Positions 37,382-51,055 of a DNA stretch of 64,000 bases are shown in pieces (the first letter of the stretch is position 1; each line of letters starts with the position of its first letter). The notes below the pieces were generated by a model. The model was not told the origin of the DNA. It did not search any database and saw nothing but the letters and a program-made list of their open reading frames with translations. Source of the DNA: Raja brachyura (lineage: Eukaryota); assembly GCA_963514005.1 (NCBI GenBank), contig OY740789.1, positions 28,148,001-28,212,000 on the forward strand, written 5' to 3'. The translations under genes and the position numbers were made by a program.

Positions 37382-37680
37382 AGCACAGTGGCACAGGGAT
37401 AGGGTTTCTGCCTTACAGTGCCAGATACCTGGGTTTGATCCTGACTACCAGCGCTGACTGTATGGAGTTTGTACATTATCCCTATGACTACATGGGGTTT
37501 CCCCTGGCGCTCCGGTTTCCTCCCACACGCCAAAGACGTACAGGTTTGTTGGTTAATTGGCTTTGGTAAAAATTGTGAATTGTCCATAGTGTGTAAGATA
37601 GTGCTGGTGTAACAGGGATCACTGATCAGCACGGACTCGTTGGGCCGAAGGGCCTGCTTCCGCACTGTGTCTCTGTGTTT
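37382..37680 (+). mobile_element. HE1-like V-SINE
   Basis: Full head, V-domain and tail consensus. Confidence 0.85.
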
Positions 37681-38499
37681 GTATCTGTATCTGTAGTATA
37701 CATCAGTCGGTCTCACCCGATATTATTCATTGTAAATGAAACAATATATAGTTATAGAGCAACAAAGATAATGGAAGCAAATTGGTTGGACGCTGTGTGA
37801 GGCCAATTCTGTTAAGAAGTGCAGTTGCAATATGCAGTGACTTCAATACTTCCAATATATTAGCTCTGATATTGTGGTTGTAATAATGGGACAATATATT
37901 CATTTGCTGCCATTACACTGTGAAAGTGCAGTTACTTTTGGAAATCCAATGGTTGTTAATAATATCCTACTCCATCAGTGGGTACTGTTCTGCAGATCTC
38001 TCTTGCCTCATATTTGTAAGTCAGTGAATGGATGAAAACATCAGAATTTTCTGAGCTATTTTCCGGAGATGAATACTTGGCTTGCTTGGTGACCTCTTGG
38101 TTGCTGGATGTCAGGAATTATTTTGAACTTAAATCACAAAGTCTCTGATGGGGGTAAAAGTGAAATTAGCATCAGACAGATGCTAAAGCTGTGTGGAAAT
38201 CTATCTCGTATGTCACTGTGAGAATGCCGCTTTGTGACATTGTAAAAGCTGAGCCACTCATTTATTCGGGTTCATTATTAAACAGTTCATTATTAAACTG
38301 TTTCTTTGGTATTGCACGTGACGTGGAGGAAACCATTACCTTTGTATAAAACAAAAGTACAGATCTGGATTGTAGGAAATGCGGATTATAGAGAGACATA
38401 GAAACAGAAACATAGAAAATAGGTGTATGAGTAGCCCATTCGGCCTTTCAAGCCAGCAACACCATTCAATATGATCATGCTTGATCATCCAAAATCAGT

Positions 38500-39588
38500 A
38501 CCACTTAGGCGACTTTTTAGTTGATTGCAGGAGACTATGTGGTTGGCAGATGTTCGCGGGTAGTTGCCGGGGAGTCGTCTTCATGGTCGTGAGGAGTTCC
38601 CGCATTCTGGGAACTAGTCGCAACCTCATTATGGCTGCCGCGAATTTATCAACATGTTGAAAAATTAGCGGCGTCCAGAATGAAGACGCCATGGAGAGGA
38701 GTGAGAATTCTCATGCCCTAGGTGGGTCGCCAGGAGGTCATAGAAACATAGAAACATAGAAAATAGGTGCAGGAGTAGGCCATTCGGCCCTTCGAGCCTG
38801 CACCGCCATTCAATGTGATCATGGCTGATCATCCAACTCAGTATCCCGTACCTGCCTTCTCTCCATACCCCCTGATCCCTTTAGCCACAAGTGCCACATC
38901 TATAGAAACATAGAAATGGTCCTAATGGGTTGCCAGGAGGTCGAAGGTTCTCGTAGGTTGTAGCCGGTGCTGACCTGTGAATTTCATTGGCTCATTGGGA
39001 AAAAAAACAATAAGCAGTAGTTTTCAGAATCGAGGATAACCGACCAGTAACGCTAAATGTCCGCCGAGCTTCACAGCCGTGCATCTCTGGCTTCTTAAAA
39101 GTTGTCTCCACTCCTTCTCCCCCCTTCACCCCCTTCTCCCCCCCTCTTGCCCTCTCTTTTAAAGGACCCTTCCCGTATACTGTGCTTTCACCATCTTAAT
39201 TACAGCGCCAATCTTCCTGTTCATCGCGGTGTGTGTCTGTATCACACTGGCTTTGCACCATGTAAATTTCACTCAGACAGCGCCTCCCCCACTTACCCTG
39301 TCTTCCGCCTGCATAACGGGCTGGTGAATGAAGCGATGTCTTGACATTCGCTGGCAGTCACCTGAAAAATCGCCTATGTAGGACAGGCCCATCAGGCAAC
39401 ACTTTAGGCTACTGCCTGGGACTAATTTTAATGGAATTCACGTACAACACCTGGCGACAACCTACGACAACCTACAACAACACCTACGACAGCAAAAATT
39501 GTCGCCACTGTCGCCTGTTGAACATAGTGAAAATTTTGTGGCAGTTGCCTGTAGTCACCCAAAGAATTGCATAAGTGGGACAGGTCCA
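38500..39588. mobile_element. Compound Harbinger-like MITE pieces with a nested CR1 tail (about 38739-38915, minus strand)
   Basis: Right TIRs at about 39375-39391 and 39572-39588 match gtgggacaggccca; internal similarity to 57140-57461. Confidence 0.7.
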
Positions 39589-39685
39589 TACCTCTAGGGC
39601 TAAGGGACTTAGAAAAGTGAAACATAACAGAAAATGCTAGAAACACTTAGTAGGTCAGGCAGTGTCTGTGGAGAGAGAAACTGTT

Positions 39686-41280
39686 CTCCTTCTTCTGTCG
39701 TGTGCCTTTTAGACCTGCAGCTCCGTTGAGGCGAGCCAGGCCAACGTTCATCGTCCAGGCCAATCAGACCTCGTTCACCATTCTGTGACCGGTGTTTGGG
39801 GCAACTGGTGATGATGTGCTCTACTGTCTGTGTTGGGTCCCCACACTCACAGGAGGCACTGTACACGAGGCTCCACCACTTAATCGCTACTCCAGAGCGT
39901 CCGATGCCTATCCTCAAGCGGTTGAGGGTTGTCCACTGCTTTCGGGGCAGGTCCTGGCCAGGGACATCCATGGGGTCATTTATGTACCAGTGTAGCCTAG
40001 ATGGTTCCGCTGACTTCCACTGGTCTCTCCATCTCGTCTTGATCCAGGCAGCCTTAGAAGCGTCAGCCGGTGTTGTGCAGAGCAGCTCTTGGGCTTGCGT
40101 GGCAAAGGGGCGCCATGACTTGAGGCACACTCATCGTGGTGTCTCTGTGACAATCTGATGGAGGAGGTGGGATTCACTGGTCTGTGCCTTTCGAAAGAGG
40201 GCCAGCGTGGCTGCTTCTTGTCTGATGTTGGTTGGGGCGATGCCAGCGAGGACGGGCAGTTGGTTTACTGGGGTGGCTCGTAGGCATCCGGAGACAGTCC
40301 GCAGGGCGCTGTTGAGGTCAGCATCCAGCTTCTTGGCGTGAGGGCTGCGGCACCAGACCGGGGCGTAGTACTCGGCGGCTGAGAACACCAGGGCCACTGT
40401 GGACATGCGCAGTGTCTTCGTCGTGGCTCCCCATGTGGTGCCGGCTACGCGGCGAATCAGTCCGGCACGGACGTTTGTCTTTGCCTTGGCACCTTCCAGG
40501 TGTTGTTTGAATGACAACGTTCTATCGAGCTTCACCCCGAGGTACGTGGGGACCGGCTGGGACCGTAACCGGGCGTTATCCACCATGATGTTCATCTCAT
40601 GGGTCGCTTCCCTGTTGTTGAGGTGGAACATTGAAGATGTTGTCTTACCCATGCTGAGCTTGAGGCGCCAGTTCCTCAGGTATGAAGACAGGATGTTCAT
40701 GTCTGCTGCTTCCCAGGATGGCTTACTGAGTAGGATGGCCAGGTCATCAGCATAGCCATACTTCTTTGACTGGGTTGCAGGCAGATCATGGATGTAGATG
40801 TTGAACAGCATTGGTGCCAACACTGAGCCCTGTGGGACGCCGTTCTTAAGTTTCCTCACCCTGCTGCATTGCCCATTGCTGGTGTGTAGCCTGAAGCTGT
40901 GGTTGCTCAGCATCTCCATGATGAAGCTCACCATGTGCTTGCTCGGATGGTTTCCAGAAGCTTCATGTGTAGTCCAAGCAGCCAGACAGTATCATATGCA
41001 GCTGTGAGGTTCAAGAAGACAGCGCCAGCCTTCTCCCCTGTCTGGAAGCTGTCCTCTATGTCTTGGCACAGGACGGTCACCTGGTCCGCCGTTGACCTAC
41101 CGCTTCGGAAGCCAGCCTGTTGTTTAGGCAGCTGGGGGTTGATCACTGGATTGAGATGTGTGTGGAGGAGACGTTCCAGGAGCTTGTGTGGAACACACAG
41201 CAGTGAGATGGGTCGGTATCCCATTGGGTCATCACTAGGCTTGTTTGGCTTCGGCAGAACGATCACCTCGGCACATGTTA
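39686..41280 (-). mobile_element. Vingi (Ingi-group) LINE, 5'-truncated
   Basis: YRPISLL, GFRSGRSTADQV, AAYDTVW, GVPQGSVLAP, YADD, LNRLR.G.GR, CECG...H...CP; gaa-type tail; 12-bp TSD agagaaactgtt. Confidence 0.85.
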
Positions 41281-44142
41281 AGAGAAACTGTTAATGTTCA
41301 GTAACAATCAGGCAGCATCCGTGGAGAGAGAAACAGATCAGTTATGGGTCTGAAACCTCTTTCACTGAACAGGGGAATTGCAGATAATAATCCAATCGCT
41401 GATGATCCGAATAAATGACTGCGCAGGCAGAGGTTGCTATGTGGTCCATTCCTACTCCTCTTCATGTGTTCTAATATTGCTATTATCCAAGTTGAGGTTT
41501 GTTCTTCTCTTTCCATTTTCCTTCTTTGCACCTTTCTCTTCTTTATTGTTTCTTTCTCTGCCATATTCCACTTTCTCTTTTGCTCTTTATTTAAGTATGA
41601 GGGCATGAGTTGCCTCCTGCCTCCCACTTCTGATATTGCTTTCTCCCCATGCGACTTAATTTGACCTTTCTACCAATTACAATGTGCAGCTCTCCATGCT
41701 TTCCCTTCCTTTTGCTTTATCATTCATTTTCCCACCTTTCCATATTGTCTGTAACCTTCTTATTCTTTGGGTACTAAGCTACTTCGGTGCTAATTTTCTC
41801 TGGCCATTCCTTCTCCAAACTTCACTGTCGCATTTTATTTCCCTCCCACTTAGCCTCTCCTCCCTTACCCTGGAAGTAGCTGCCACATTGCTAATCGTCC
41901 CACTTGTGCTTGGGAGACAAAAGGGGACGCGATACAAGTAACTGGTAGGTACAGGTACAGTCACAACGTTTATGAGACAGTTCATTAGGTGCATGGATAG
42001 GAAAGATTTAGTGGGATATGGGCCACCCGCAGGCACATGGGACTCGCTCAGTGGCTGGCATGGATGACTTTGGCTGAAGGTGTAAGAAAGAGCTGCAGGT
42101 GCTGCTCTACACTGAAGATAGACACAAAATGTTGGAATAAATCAGCGGGTCAGGCAGCATCTCTGGAGAAAAGGAATAGGTGACGTTTCGGGTCGAGATT
42201 GAAGGGCCTGCTTCCATGCTATGTAACTCTACAATCCTACTTTGCACAATGCCGCTAAAAATGGAAAGGCAATAATGCAACCTTAGGTGGGAGTAATAAC
42301 CCAGCACCCAAAACATTAAAAAATGATAGTAATAGTGTAAAAGAAAAGGTTAGATGTTGTTATGGGCTTAAGAAAGGCAGTCCACAGGGCTATCAGCGTG
42401 AATACTTCTGAGTTAAAGGCATCAGTAATGACTTCAATGGGAATAAAAATCTGGAGATGGGGCAGCAATATTGCTATTGCTTGTGTAACAAAATCTCTCA
42501 AGGTCAAACTTCGCTTGAAGTATCAATGATTGCATATTAAATAAAGATTTTATAATATGAACATCCAATCATTTCAAATTTGGAAGCACATGAGCAAGCA
42601 TTTTAAACTTGAACCAGTTTCCCAGCAGGGTCTTCATTATTTTAATCTAAATTCATTGTAATTTTAATATTTGTTTAAACTGCAACAGTCTTATAACAAC
42701 CCCATAAATTAGGCATGGTTGTAAAGCTAGGTATGGAAGATGCTTAATTGGTTTCTGTGAGTGAAAATTAATAATTTCAGAACCGTACAATGACTGCTTA
42801 TGAAAGCACAAATAGACACAATGGAACATTTGAGCGTAAACTGCAATGGGATCGGAAACCTTTTGCCATTTTATCTCTTTATGATTTATGCATCTGCGTT
42901 CATCATCATCAAAATATGCTTTTGCACCAACAATTTAAAATGTGAAAAGTAGAAAGGCAAGATTTTCTGTGTGGGGTTGTGATTTAGGATTTTAATCAAA
43001 CAGAAACAAAATCAGATGCTAATGATCCCTTCTGTCAATATTGGACAGTTTTTCTAAATCTTTCTAAATTCAACATTATACTAGAAGTATCAGTTGGAAT
43101 GGTGATGGCATTCTTTCATTAATATAATGTCCAGTCCCGCAGCACTTGAGATGCATACCCAAGAATAAGACACAAATGAAATCAGTACTGCAGGGATCAC
43201 TACAGAATTATATTTGTAGAGAAAGATAGGTAACTGACAGGCCTGCTCTATCAAAGCCTTGTCACACCCATTCCATTGCTAGGGACTGCTTGTATCTGCT
43301 CCATTGGACCGAAAACTTGGATCGTTTTCTCCAGAAAGCTGGAGGTTTAGGGAATTCCTCCTAGACGTATATACAATTAAGAGAGGTATAGACAAGGTAG
43401 ACAGAACTTTTTTCCCAGTGTGGAAATGTAAAAACAATAGAGGACAGAGGTTGCAAGTGAGAGGGGCAACATTTTAAGGAGATGTACGGGGAAAGTTTTT
43501 AATATACAGAGATAGCGGGTGCTGGAACCCACTGCCAAGGGTGGTGGTGGAGGCATATACGATAGTGGCATTTATGAGTCTTTTCGATGGGCACATGGAT
43601 AGGAGGGATGTTGTTCATGTGCAGGCAGATTAGTTTAGTTTATCTTGGAATCATGTTCGGCATAGACATTGTTGGCCAAAGGGCTTGTTCCTGTTCTGTA
43701 CTTTTCTATGTTCTACATTTTATGTTCTATGTCTCCGTCATCACCAATTGTAATGGAAGGTTCTATACCTCCTTTCTGGGCCAGAGAGTTGCTCAGGAAA
43801 AGAGGAAGAAAGGGAGACAGCAGTTTCCATTACATCCCACAAGACTTAATGAGAGAGATTGTAATTTCGGGGGGATTTGTCCACACCTGGAGCAGTTGTT
43901 GCCAGTGCTTAAACTCACTGTGCCGGCAAGAATTCAGCATAGCATCCCACATCTTTGTGTTGAGCAGCCACTCCACTTGGCCCACCCAGCCTGTACAACA
44001 TTAACCCTCACTGACAGCTTCACCACACTGAGCAGTGGGTGATATTTTTGCACTGGGAAGTGCCTGTGGAGGGAGGGATTGGCATCAGGTTTGTGGCACA
44101 ATAGTATGAACCATTGGGGAAGGGAGAGGTTCACGTACCAGT

Positions 44143-44422
44143 TTGGTGGCGCAGTGGTAGAGTTGCTGCCTTATAGCGCTAGAGATTAATCCTTCCTACA
44201 GCCGTTGTCTGTACGGAGTTTATACATTCTCCCTTTGACTGTTTGGGTTTTTTCTGGGTGCTCCAGCATTCTTCACATTCCAAAGACGTGCAGGTTTGTT
44301 GGTTAATTGTCTTCATTAAAATAGTCCCTAGTCTGTAGGATAGAACTAGTGTATGCGTGATCGTTGGTCGGCGTGGACCTGGTGGGTTGAAGGGCCATGC
44401 TGTATCTCCAAACTAAACTAAA
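44143..44422 (+). mobile_element. HE1-like V-SINE
   Basis: ggtggcgcagtggtagagttgctgcc...aactaaactaaa. Confidence 0.85.
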
Positions 44423-44825
44423 TACAGCAATGCATGGACAAAAATGATGTCTTATTTACCATACACGGGAGTAGGTGCCTGGATGCCAAGAGTGTTATTA
44501 CAAATCAATGATCTGTGAGGTATTATGTAGCAAGGAACCCCGTGTTCAGCAATGGTTAAAATGGTTATACAATGTGAGGCAATAATGCTCCAGAATAGGA
44601 ATGTGCACTTGTGGGGAATGCCTGGAATGTAAAACCCACTATACTTACCCTGGGCGTGTGTAACAAAGAATAAAATAAACCCATTCCATCAATGAGAACA
44701 CACATAATGTGTTGCTTTTGGGGTAACCACATTTATCCCGTGCAATTAAACCTAGAAATGGACCAATATACTCATTTTGCTGAGGCAGTAAGACTGAATA
44801 ACGTCTCTGTATGTGGGGATTTCAC

Positions 44826-45360
44826 GTTCAAGTTAAAGTTCACATTTATTGTCACATGCACCAATTAAGGTACAGTGATATTTGTTACCATACAGCCATG
44901 CAAGTAAAAAGAATACAATATGCAATAGAATTTAACATAAACATTCACCACAGTGGAATCAGCATTCTTCACTGTGACGGAAGGCAATAAAGTTCAGTCA
45001 TCGTCCTGCTTTGTTCACCCGTGGTTGGGGCCTTGAACCCTCCACAGTTGCCGTTACATATGATCAGGCCCTCTCGTCGAGATGATCGAAACTCCGATGT
45101 CAGGACGGATCGGAACACACTCCGCGGCTTGGAGTTCCCAAATCGACCACTTCTTACCGGAAACCGTGGCTTCACAATGTTAAAGTCTCCAGGCCCCACG
45201 GTCGGAGCTCCAACGCTGGTGAACCTCGGCAAAGGATCGCAGCTCCGCGATGTTAAAGTCCATGTCACGCCCGCGACTAGAAGCTCCGCAGATTGCTGCT
45301 CGACGATGTTAAAGTCAACAGGCATCCGCGGTCGGAGCTTCAACACTGTTGATCCTCTGC
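44826..45360 (-). repeat. Unclassified retroposon: Rex1-like tail plus CpG-rich segment with repeated cgatgttaaagtc motifs
   Basis: Minus-strand tail tgtgacaataaatgtgaactt; three internal atgttaaagtc repeats. Confidence 0.5.
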
Positions 45361-47055
45361 AAATTAGCTTTGGCTAAAACACTATGATGTATACACTAGA
45401 TGACTGTTTCAAGTGTATCTATGTTTATGTATCTGTCCCTATTTAAATAAACAATAAATAAATAAATATGTACAACAGGGACATTTGACACCATCCAACT
45501 AATTTTAACAATGTATAATCTAAAATAATCCAGCGTGATCTTCGCATTTCGAAACAAAATTGTCTTAGCGAAAGGAGTCTTAGTGTGGTAGTGGTGGGTT
45601 GTTATTCAGATTGGAGGTTCTTGACTAGTGGTGTGCTGTTGCTGTTGCTGTTGGGATCTGTGCTGGGTCCATTGTTGTTTGTCATGTATAGATATAATTT
45701 GGCTTACATTGTTGTTTTTACACAGAAAGTGGTGGGTGTAATGGGATTTATGAGGCATTTGGAAAGGCAAGTGGATATGCAAATGAAGGGATATGGATCA
45801 TGTGCAAGCAGAGGAGATTAGTTTAATTTGGTAACACGTTCGGCAGGAATATGTGGGCTTAAGAGACTGTTCTATGTTCTATGTTCAATGTTCAATCCAG
45901 GAAATCGAGCTCAACAGTCATGACTGTACTGCGAGCCTGTCCTACTGCTGGAGTGCTAAGGTTTGAATGAGATGTTAAAGGGGGTAGATTTAAGGGATCT
46001 CTAAGAGATCTGAGAACACCATTTTGAAGAAGAACAGGGGATCTTTCTCCTATATTCTGGCCAATATTTATTTCTCAGTCCGTACTCAAGCGTAGGTTAT
46101 CTGACCATTAACTCATTATTGTTTGAAAGAGCTTGCTTTCATTTTGGTTGCAACATACCCGATATTACAACAGTTGATACATTTCATTGGCTGAATGGCC
46201 TACGGTTATACAAATTCATGCCTTAGTTTCAAATAGCACAAAAGGTTTTACCTCAATTTGACTTGACAATCCTATATTACCATCATTTGCATTTTAATTA
46301 GATATTCGTGAAGAATCAGTATTCTAATTTGCAAAGTATCTTGTTATCACTTTGTGGTACCAAAGATTAGGAAACAGAAGGAAACACTATTCAAATTGAC
46401 TCACATTCATAGAAATCACAGATGAAAGTTTTTCAGACTTCCTGCCTTGGTAAATTAATATTGTACTCAAAAAGCTAAGGAGTTATCTCCACAGCAAAGT
46501 TGCTAATACAAACCTGCTAAGCAACTGGAAGACGGATAGATAGTCACTTCCAGTTAAATGAAAAGCATGTATTTTTGAAAGGACCTTATGAATTTGCTAC
46601 ATTGAGGGATTTATTTCCATTTATCAAAATAATTTGTGAAGTAAAAAATCTGTATTTTGTGTGGAGAATTTGTTATAAAGTGAGTGTAATCCAAATACCC
46701 AAATCATCAATGGCTGTTTCTGTATTTTAATGCATTGAAATAATACCATTCCCCTCCACAGAACGCCCAGTAACCTTAGTACTGATAACGTTTACTCAGA
46801 ATTTCTGGAGATAAAGCTAAAACAGAATTATGTAACTTCATCATTAGTACATACATTTTTAAATGAGCACCTTTTTAAAATTGCTTTCTTTTTGAATAAA
46901 TCTAACTCCAGGATCATAATGAATATAACCATTTGACAGGGTTTCTTTCACCTTTGGATCTAAGACTGTTCCAAATCATCCAGGTAATTACCAAATACTC
47001 GGCTTCCTGGATGTAGAAAATCATGCCGCAAAATGCTCACAATTACCAACTAGAC

Positions 47056-48707
47056 TAGGAAGATTAAACGAGAACTTACCAGTTTGAAGTTTGATCTTTA
47101 TTTTATGAGGAGTTACGATGAGGGATTACGTGAAGAGCTCTGCTCGTCAATCTTCAAAGCAGCAGTGTGAAATCACAGATAACAGTTGTTGAACTGAATA
47201 GAAGAAGATTTGAGAAACTAGAACTACCAGCTGACCTTTATGAGAGAACGTTGGGAGTGGAGGGCACGTAATCCCTCATCGTAACTCATAAAATAAAGAT
47301 CAAACTTCATACTGGTAAGTTCTCATTTAATCTTCCTATTTTACTTCGGAGTCACGTGAGTGACTACATGAAGATTTCAAAGCTCTGTGATTTCATGCCG
47401 TAAACACGAGTCCATGCAACACACTGCATTAGTTGACCAAGGAGGAGTGAAATCATAATGCATTCAGACATGACATCGATTTAAAGCATGCTGATGCTTT
47501 TATTAAACAAAATGGTATAGATGAAAATAGTAGTGACCCCTCGCATCCGTGGTAAATTATAAAACAGAACTTAAAATTGAATTAGCAAATAACCCCGGCC
47601 TGGCAATGGGTTTGTTATAAAACGTTTGGAAAGTTCTCTCATTTGACCATTCTGCCGCTGCTAGGATGTGGTCCAGTGGAACCGCCAAAACCCTCGCTGC
47701 TGATGTTGTTGCAGCCCTGGGGGAGTGAAATTTAAAAATATCAGTGTCCACACCTGCACAACCCAAAACCAGTCTTAACCACCTCAAGATGGTCTGCACT
47801 GACACCCTCTTGCGAGGTTCAGTGCCTCTGAGACTTTTTATGACCTTAATATAATGTAGTAGATGTGTGACCACACACAACCGAAGGTCCACGGGGTATG
47901 CCATAAACTCTAATTTGAGACAAGACGCTCCTGGTCTGCTCTGCTTGACTAAGTCATGCACATAAATGGTTATTTTACTGGCAGATGTAACCATTGTGTC
48001 CAGTCGCAGTTTATGCAATGACTGGACCCATTCCGCAAATCCTGTGCTTCGTGCACCTCGTGGAAGCAGCCATACCACCGAATTCGGAGTCAGTCCAGTA
48101 CTGACTCCATACGTTCCCCTCCTCAGAGAAGGAGACATTGTGCAGCCCTGAACTAGGCGCCGCTGCGGGCCCCTGAAGAGATCCGCTGGAGAATATCATG
48201 ATGGCGCATCCTTTCCATCAGGTGCTCCATCTGGGATAAACATCCGAAGATGCTATCCATAGTTGGAGGCGAGTCCTGCTGGCCTGACTCGTCCAAGTCC
48301 GCAGGGCTATCCAACTTTTCTCTTGGCTTTACCCCCTTTCTGGTGCTCCTAACAGGCACCAAGTCAGAAGCCGCTGACCACACCATCAGTGACTCGGGTG
48401 GCGAAATCGACGGCCGCCGGCTACCCGCACTCCCACGGTCCTCGGTAGCCGGTTTCCCCGCAACCCGTTTGGACTTCAACCTGGCCTTTTCCATAATGAT
48501 TGGAATCTCACTGTTCTGTAACCAAGATTACAGAACAAAAAACGACCTCAGAATAAGTGCAAAACCTACCTGTAGGGTCTTTTAAACTTACCGCTGGAGG
48601 AGCAATGCGCCTCCCAGCCAGTCATGCGCCATGCGTTAGATGTTAATGACAAGCATGCGGGCTGGCGGGCTCTTCATGTAGTCACTTACGTGACTCCGAA
48701 GTAAAAT
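47056..48707 (-). mobile_element. Internally deleted (non-autonomous) DIRS, about 1.65 kb
   Basis: Both termini and ICR (47265-47374) present; gag N-terminus fused to YR C-terminal half; no RT/RH/MT. Confidence 0.92.
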
Positions 48708-49929
48708 TTGCTGTTTGTACTTGCCAAATTATGATAATTTATGCCTCCATATTATATGCTTTTAAGTCCATCACAGTTTGGGAACACTGCAATGCATGTT
48801 TGCATGTTAACAATAACATTACAGCAGTGTGGCTACGCTTTCAAATTGCTTCATAAAAAGCAAAGTGTTGTGCGGTGGCAGCAGTGAGTGAAAGTATGAT
48901 GAGGAGGTTGTTCTGTCATTAATGGCTGGAAAAGATAAACATATATTCCATGGAGTTTGGATGAATGAGGAGTTATCTTATTGAAATATATAAGATCCAA
49001 GCAAGGCTTGACAAGGTAGATACCAAAATGTTTCCACTGGTAGTAGAGTCTTGAATGAAGAGACATAGTTATAGTGTGGAAACTCCACACAGACACACCC
49101 GTAGTCAGGATTGTACCTGGGTCGCTGGTGTTGTGAGGCAGTGGGCTCTACCTGCTGTGCTACTGTGTTGCCTGAACAAAAAGGTCTTCGATAGAATAGA
49201 GACTGATCTAATTTAACAGCTGAAACATAGCACAGGAACAGGCCCTTTGTCCCACAATGTCCATACTGAACATGATTCTGGATAAAACTAATGTCCCCTG
49301 CATGCATGTGATTCATACTGTATGCCTCCATTCTCTGCATATCCATGTATCCAGGAGAGACACAAAGTGCTGGAGTAATTCAGCGGGTCAGACAGGATCT
49401 CTGAAGAGAAAGGCTGGGTGACGTTTTGGGTCGGTCTGGCATTTCTCCAGCGATGCTGCCTGATCTGCTGAGTTACTCCAGCACTTTGTGTCCACCTTTG
49501 GTATAAACCAGTATCTTTATGCAGTTCCATGTTTTTATCCATGTGCCTATCTAAAATATTCTGAAATGTCATTATCGTATTTCCTATCACCACCACGCCT
49601 GGCAGCATGTTTGAAAGACTGCTCCTCTGACAATGCAGCTCTACTTCCACTCTGCACGAATGTCAGCCTGTGCTTTTGTGCTCAAGGCTGAAACTGGGAG
49701 ACAGGAACAAACACTTGTACCGTTAGTAAGTATATACCAAATTTCCATGTATGTTGTGGGAAGGAACTGCAGATGCTGGTTCTCGACCCGAAACGTCACC
49801 CATTCTTTCTATCCAGAGATTCTGCCTGTCCCGCTGAGTTACTCCAGTATTTTGTGTCCATCTATGTTGTCCAGGTTGATGAGATAAAGCCTGGTCAGGC
49901 AGTGCATGTGGAGAGAGAATATTCTAGAT

Positions 49930-51055
49930 CATAAAGCAGCGAACGCAAATTTTCACTTTTATGCTGACGACACAGTGATATATTGCTCTGCGTCTACCCC
50001 AAATCAGGCTCTCTGTCAACTCCAAACTGCTTTTAACACTGTGCAATGTAACCTGTGTGATTTAAAACTTATTTTAAATGCTGACAAGACAAAGCTCATG
50101 CTGTTCACTAAAGCTAAATCAAAGCCCTCGGACCTCCTTTCTATCACCACTTTGCAGGGATCTGTGGTTGAATCTGTGTCTCAATATAAATATCTGGGAA
50201 TTATAATTGATGATTCTCTCTCTTTTAAATCTCATATCCAGCAACTTGTGAAAAAACTAAAGATAAAATTAGGTTTTTACTTTAGACACAAATCTTGTTT
50301 TTCTTTTGAAGCCAAAAAAAGACTTGTTGCTGCAACGTTTATGTCTGTGTTGGACTATGGTGATGTTTTATATATGAATGCACCTTCAAAATGCCTACAG
50401 TCTTTGGACACGGTCTAGGACCGTGATTTTTTAAATCTCAAAATGTTGTAACATTGCTATAGTGTGTGTAGGAAAAAAAGACACAGAGCACTGAGATTTG
50501 TTACTAATTTTAAAACCCTCACGCACCACTGCTCTTTGTATGCTCAAGTTGGATGGTTTGCCCTGTCCACCCGCAGACTCCATCATTGGCATATCCTTAT
50601 TTATAAGACTATCCTCGGTGTTTTTCCTTCATACCTGCAGAAGTATGTAATTTGAAAAAACACAGGAACTTACCAGCTCTGCTCTGAGGACTTGTTCTTA
50701 CTAACTGTACCTAATGTCCTTACTGAACTGGGGAAAAGGGCATTTAGTTATGCTGCTCCCTTCGCATGGAACCAGCTGCAGAATAAACTGAAACGTAAGG
50801 AGCTGGTTTCTATAAACAGATTTAAATCTCTTCTTAATGATGTTGAAGCGGGCTCTTCTGTCTGTACATGCTTTGTTTGATGATGTTATGACTGTGACTC
50901 TATTTATATGTTCTCAGTTGTTTTTAAATTATTGTCTGTAACTGGGGAACTGTGCTGCTGCCTGTCTTGGCCAGGACTCTCTTGTAAAAAAGATTTTTAA
51001 TCTCAATGAGACTTCTCCTGGTTAAATAAAGGTTAAATAAAAAAAAGAAAAAAAA
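49930..51055 (+). mobile_element. L2-group LINE, RSg-1-like, 5'-truncated
   Basis: FYADDTVIY, LNADKTK, YKYLGI, LDYGD, GKRAFSYAAP; tail cctggttaaataaaggttaaataaa(A)n. Confidence 0.8.

Noticed and set aside
41298-41900. Lys/Glu-rich minus-strand ORF as a host exon
   Set aside because: Purine-skewed sequence with no recognisable domain or convincing splice boundaries
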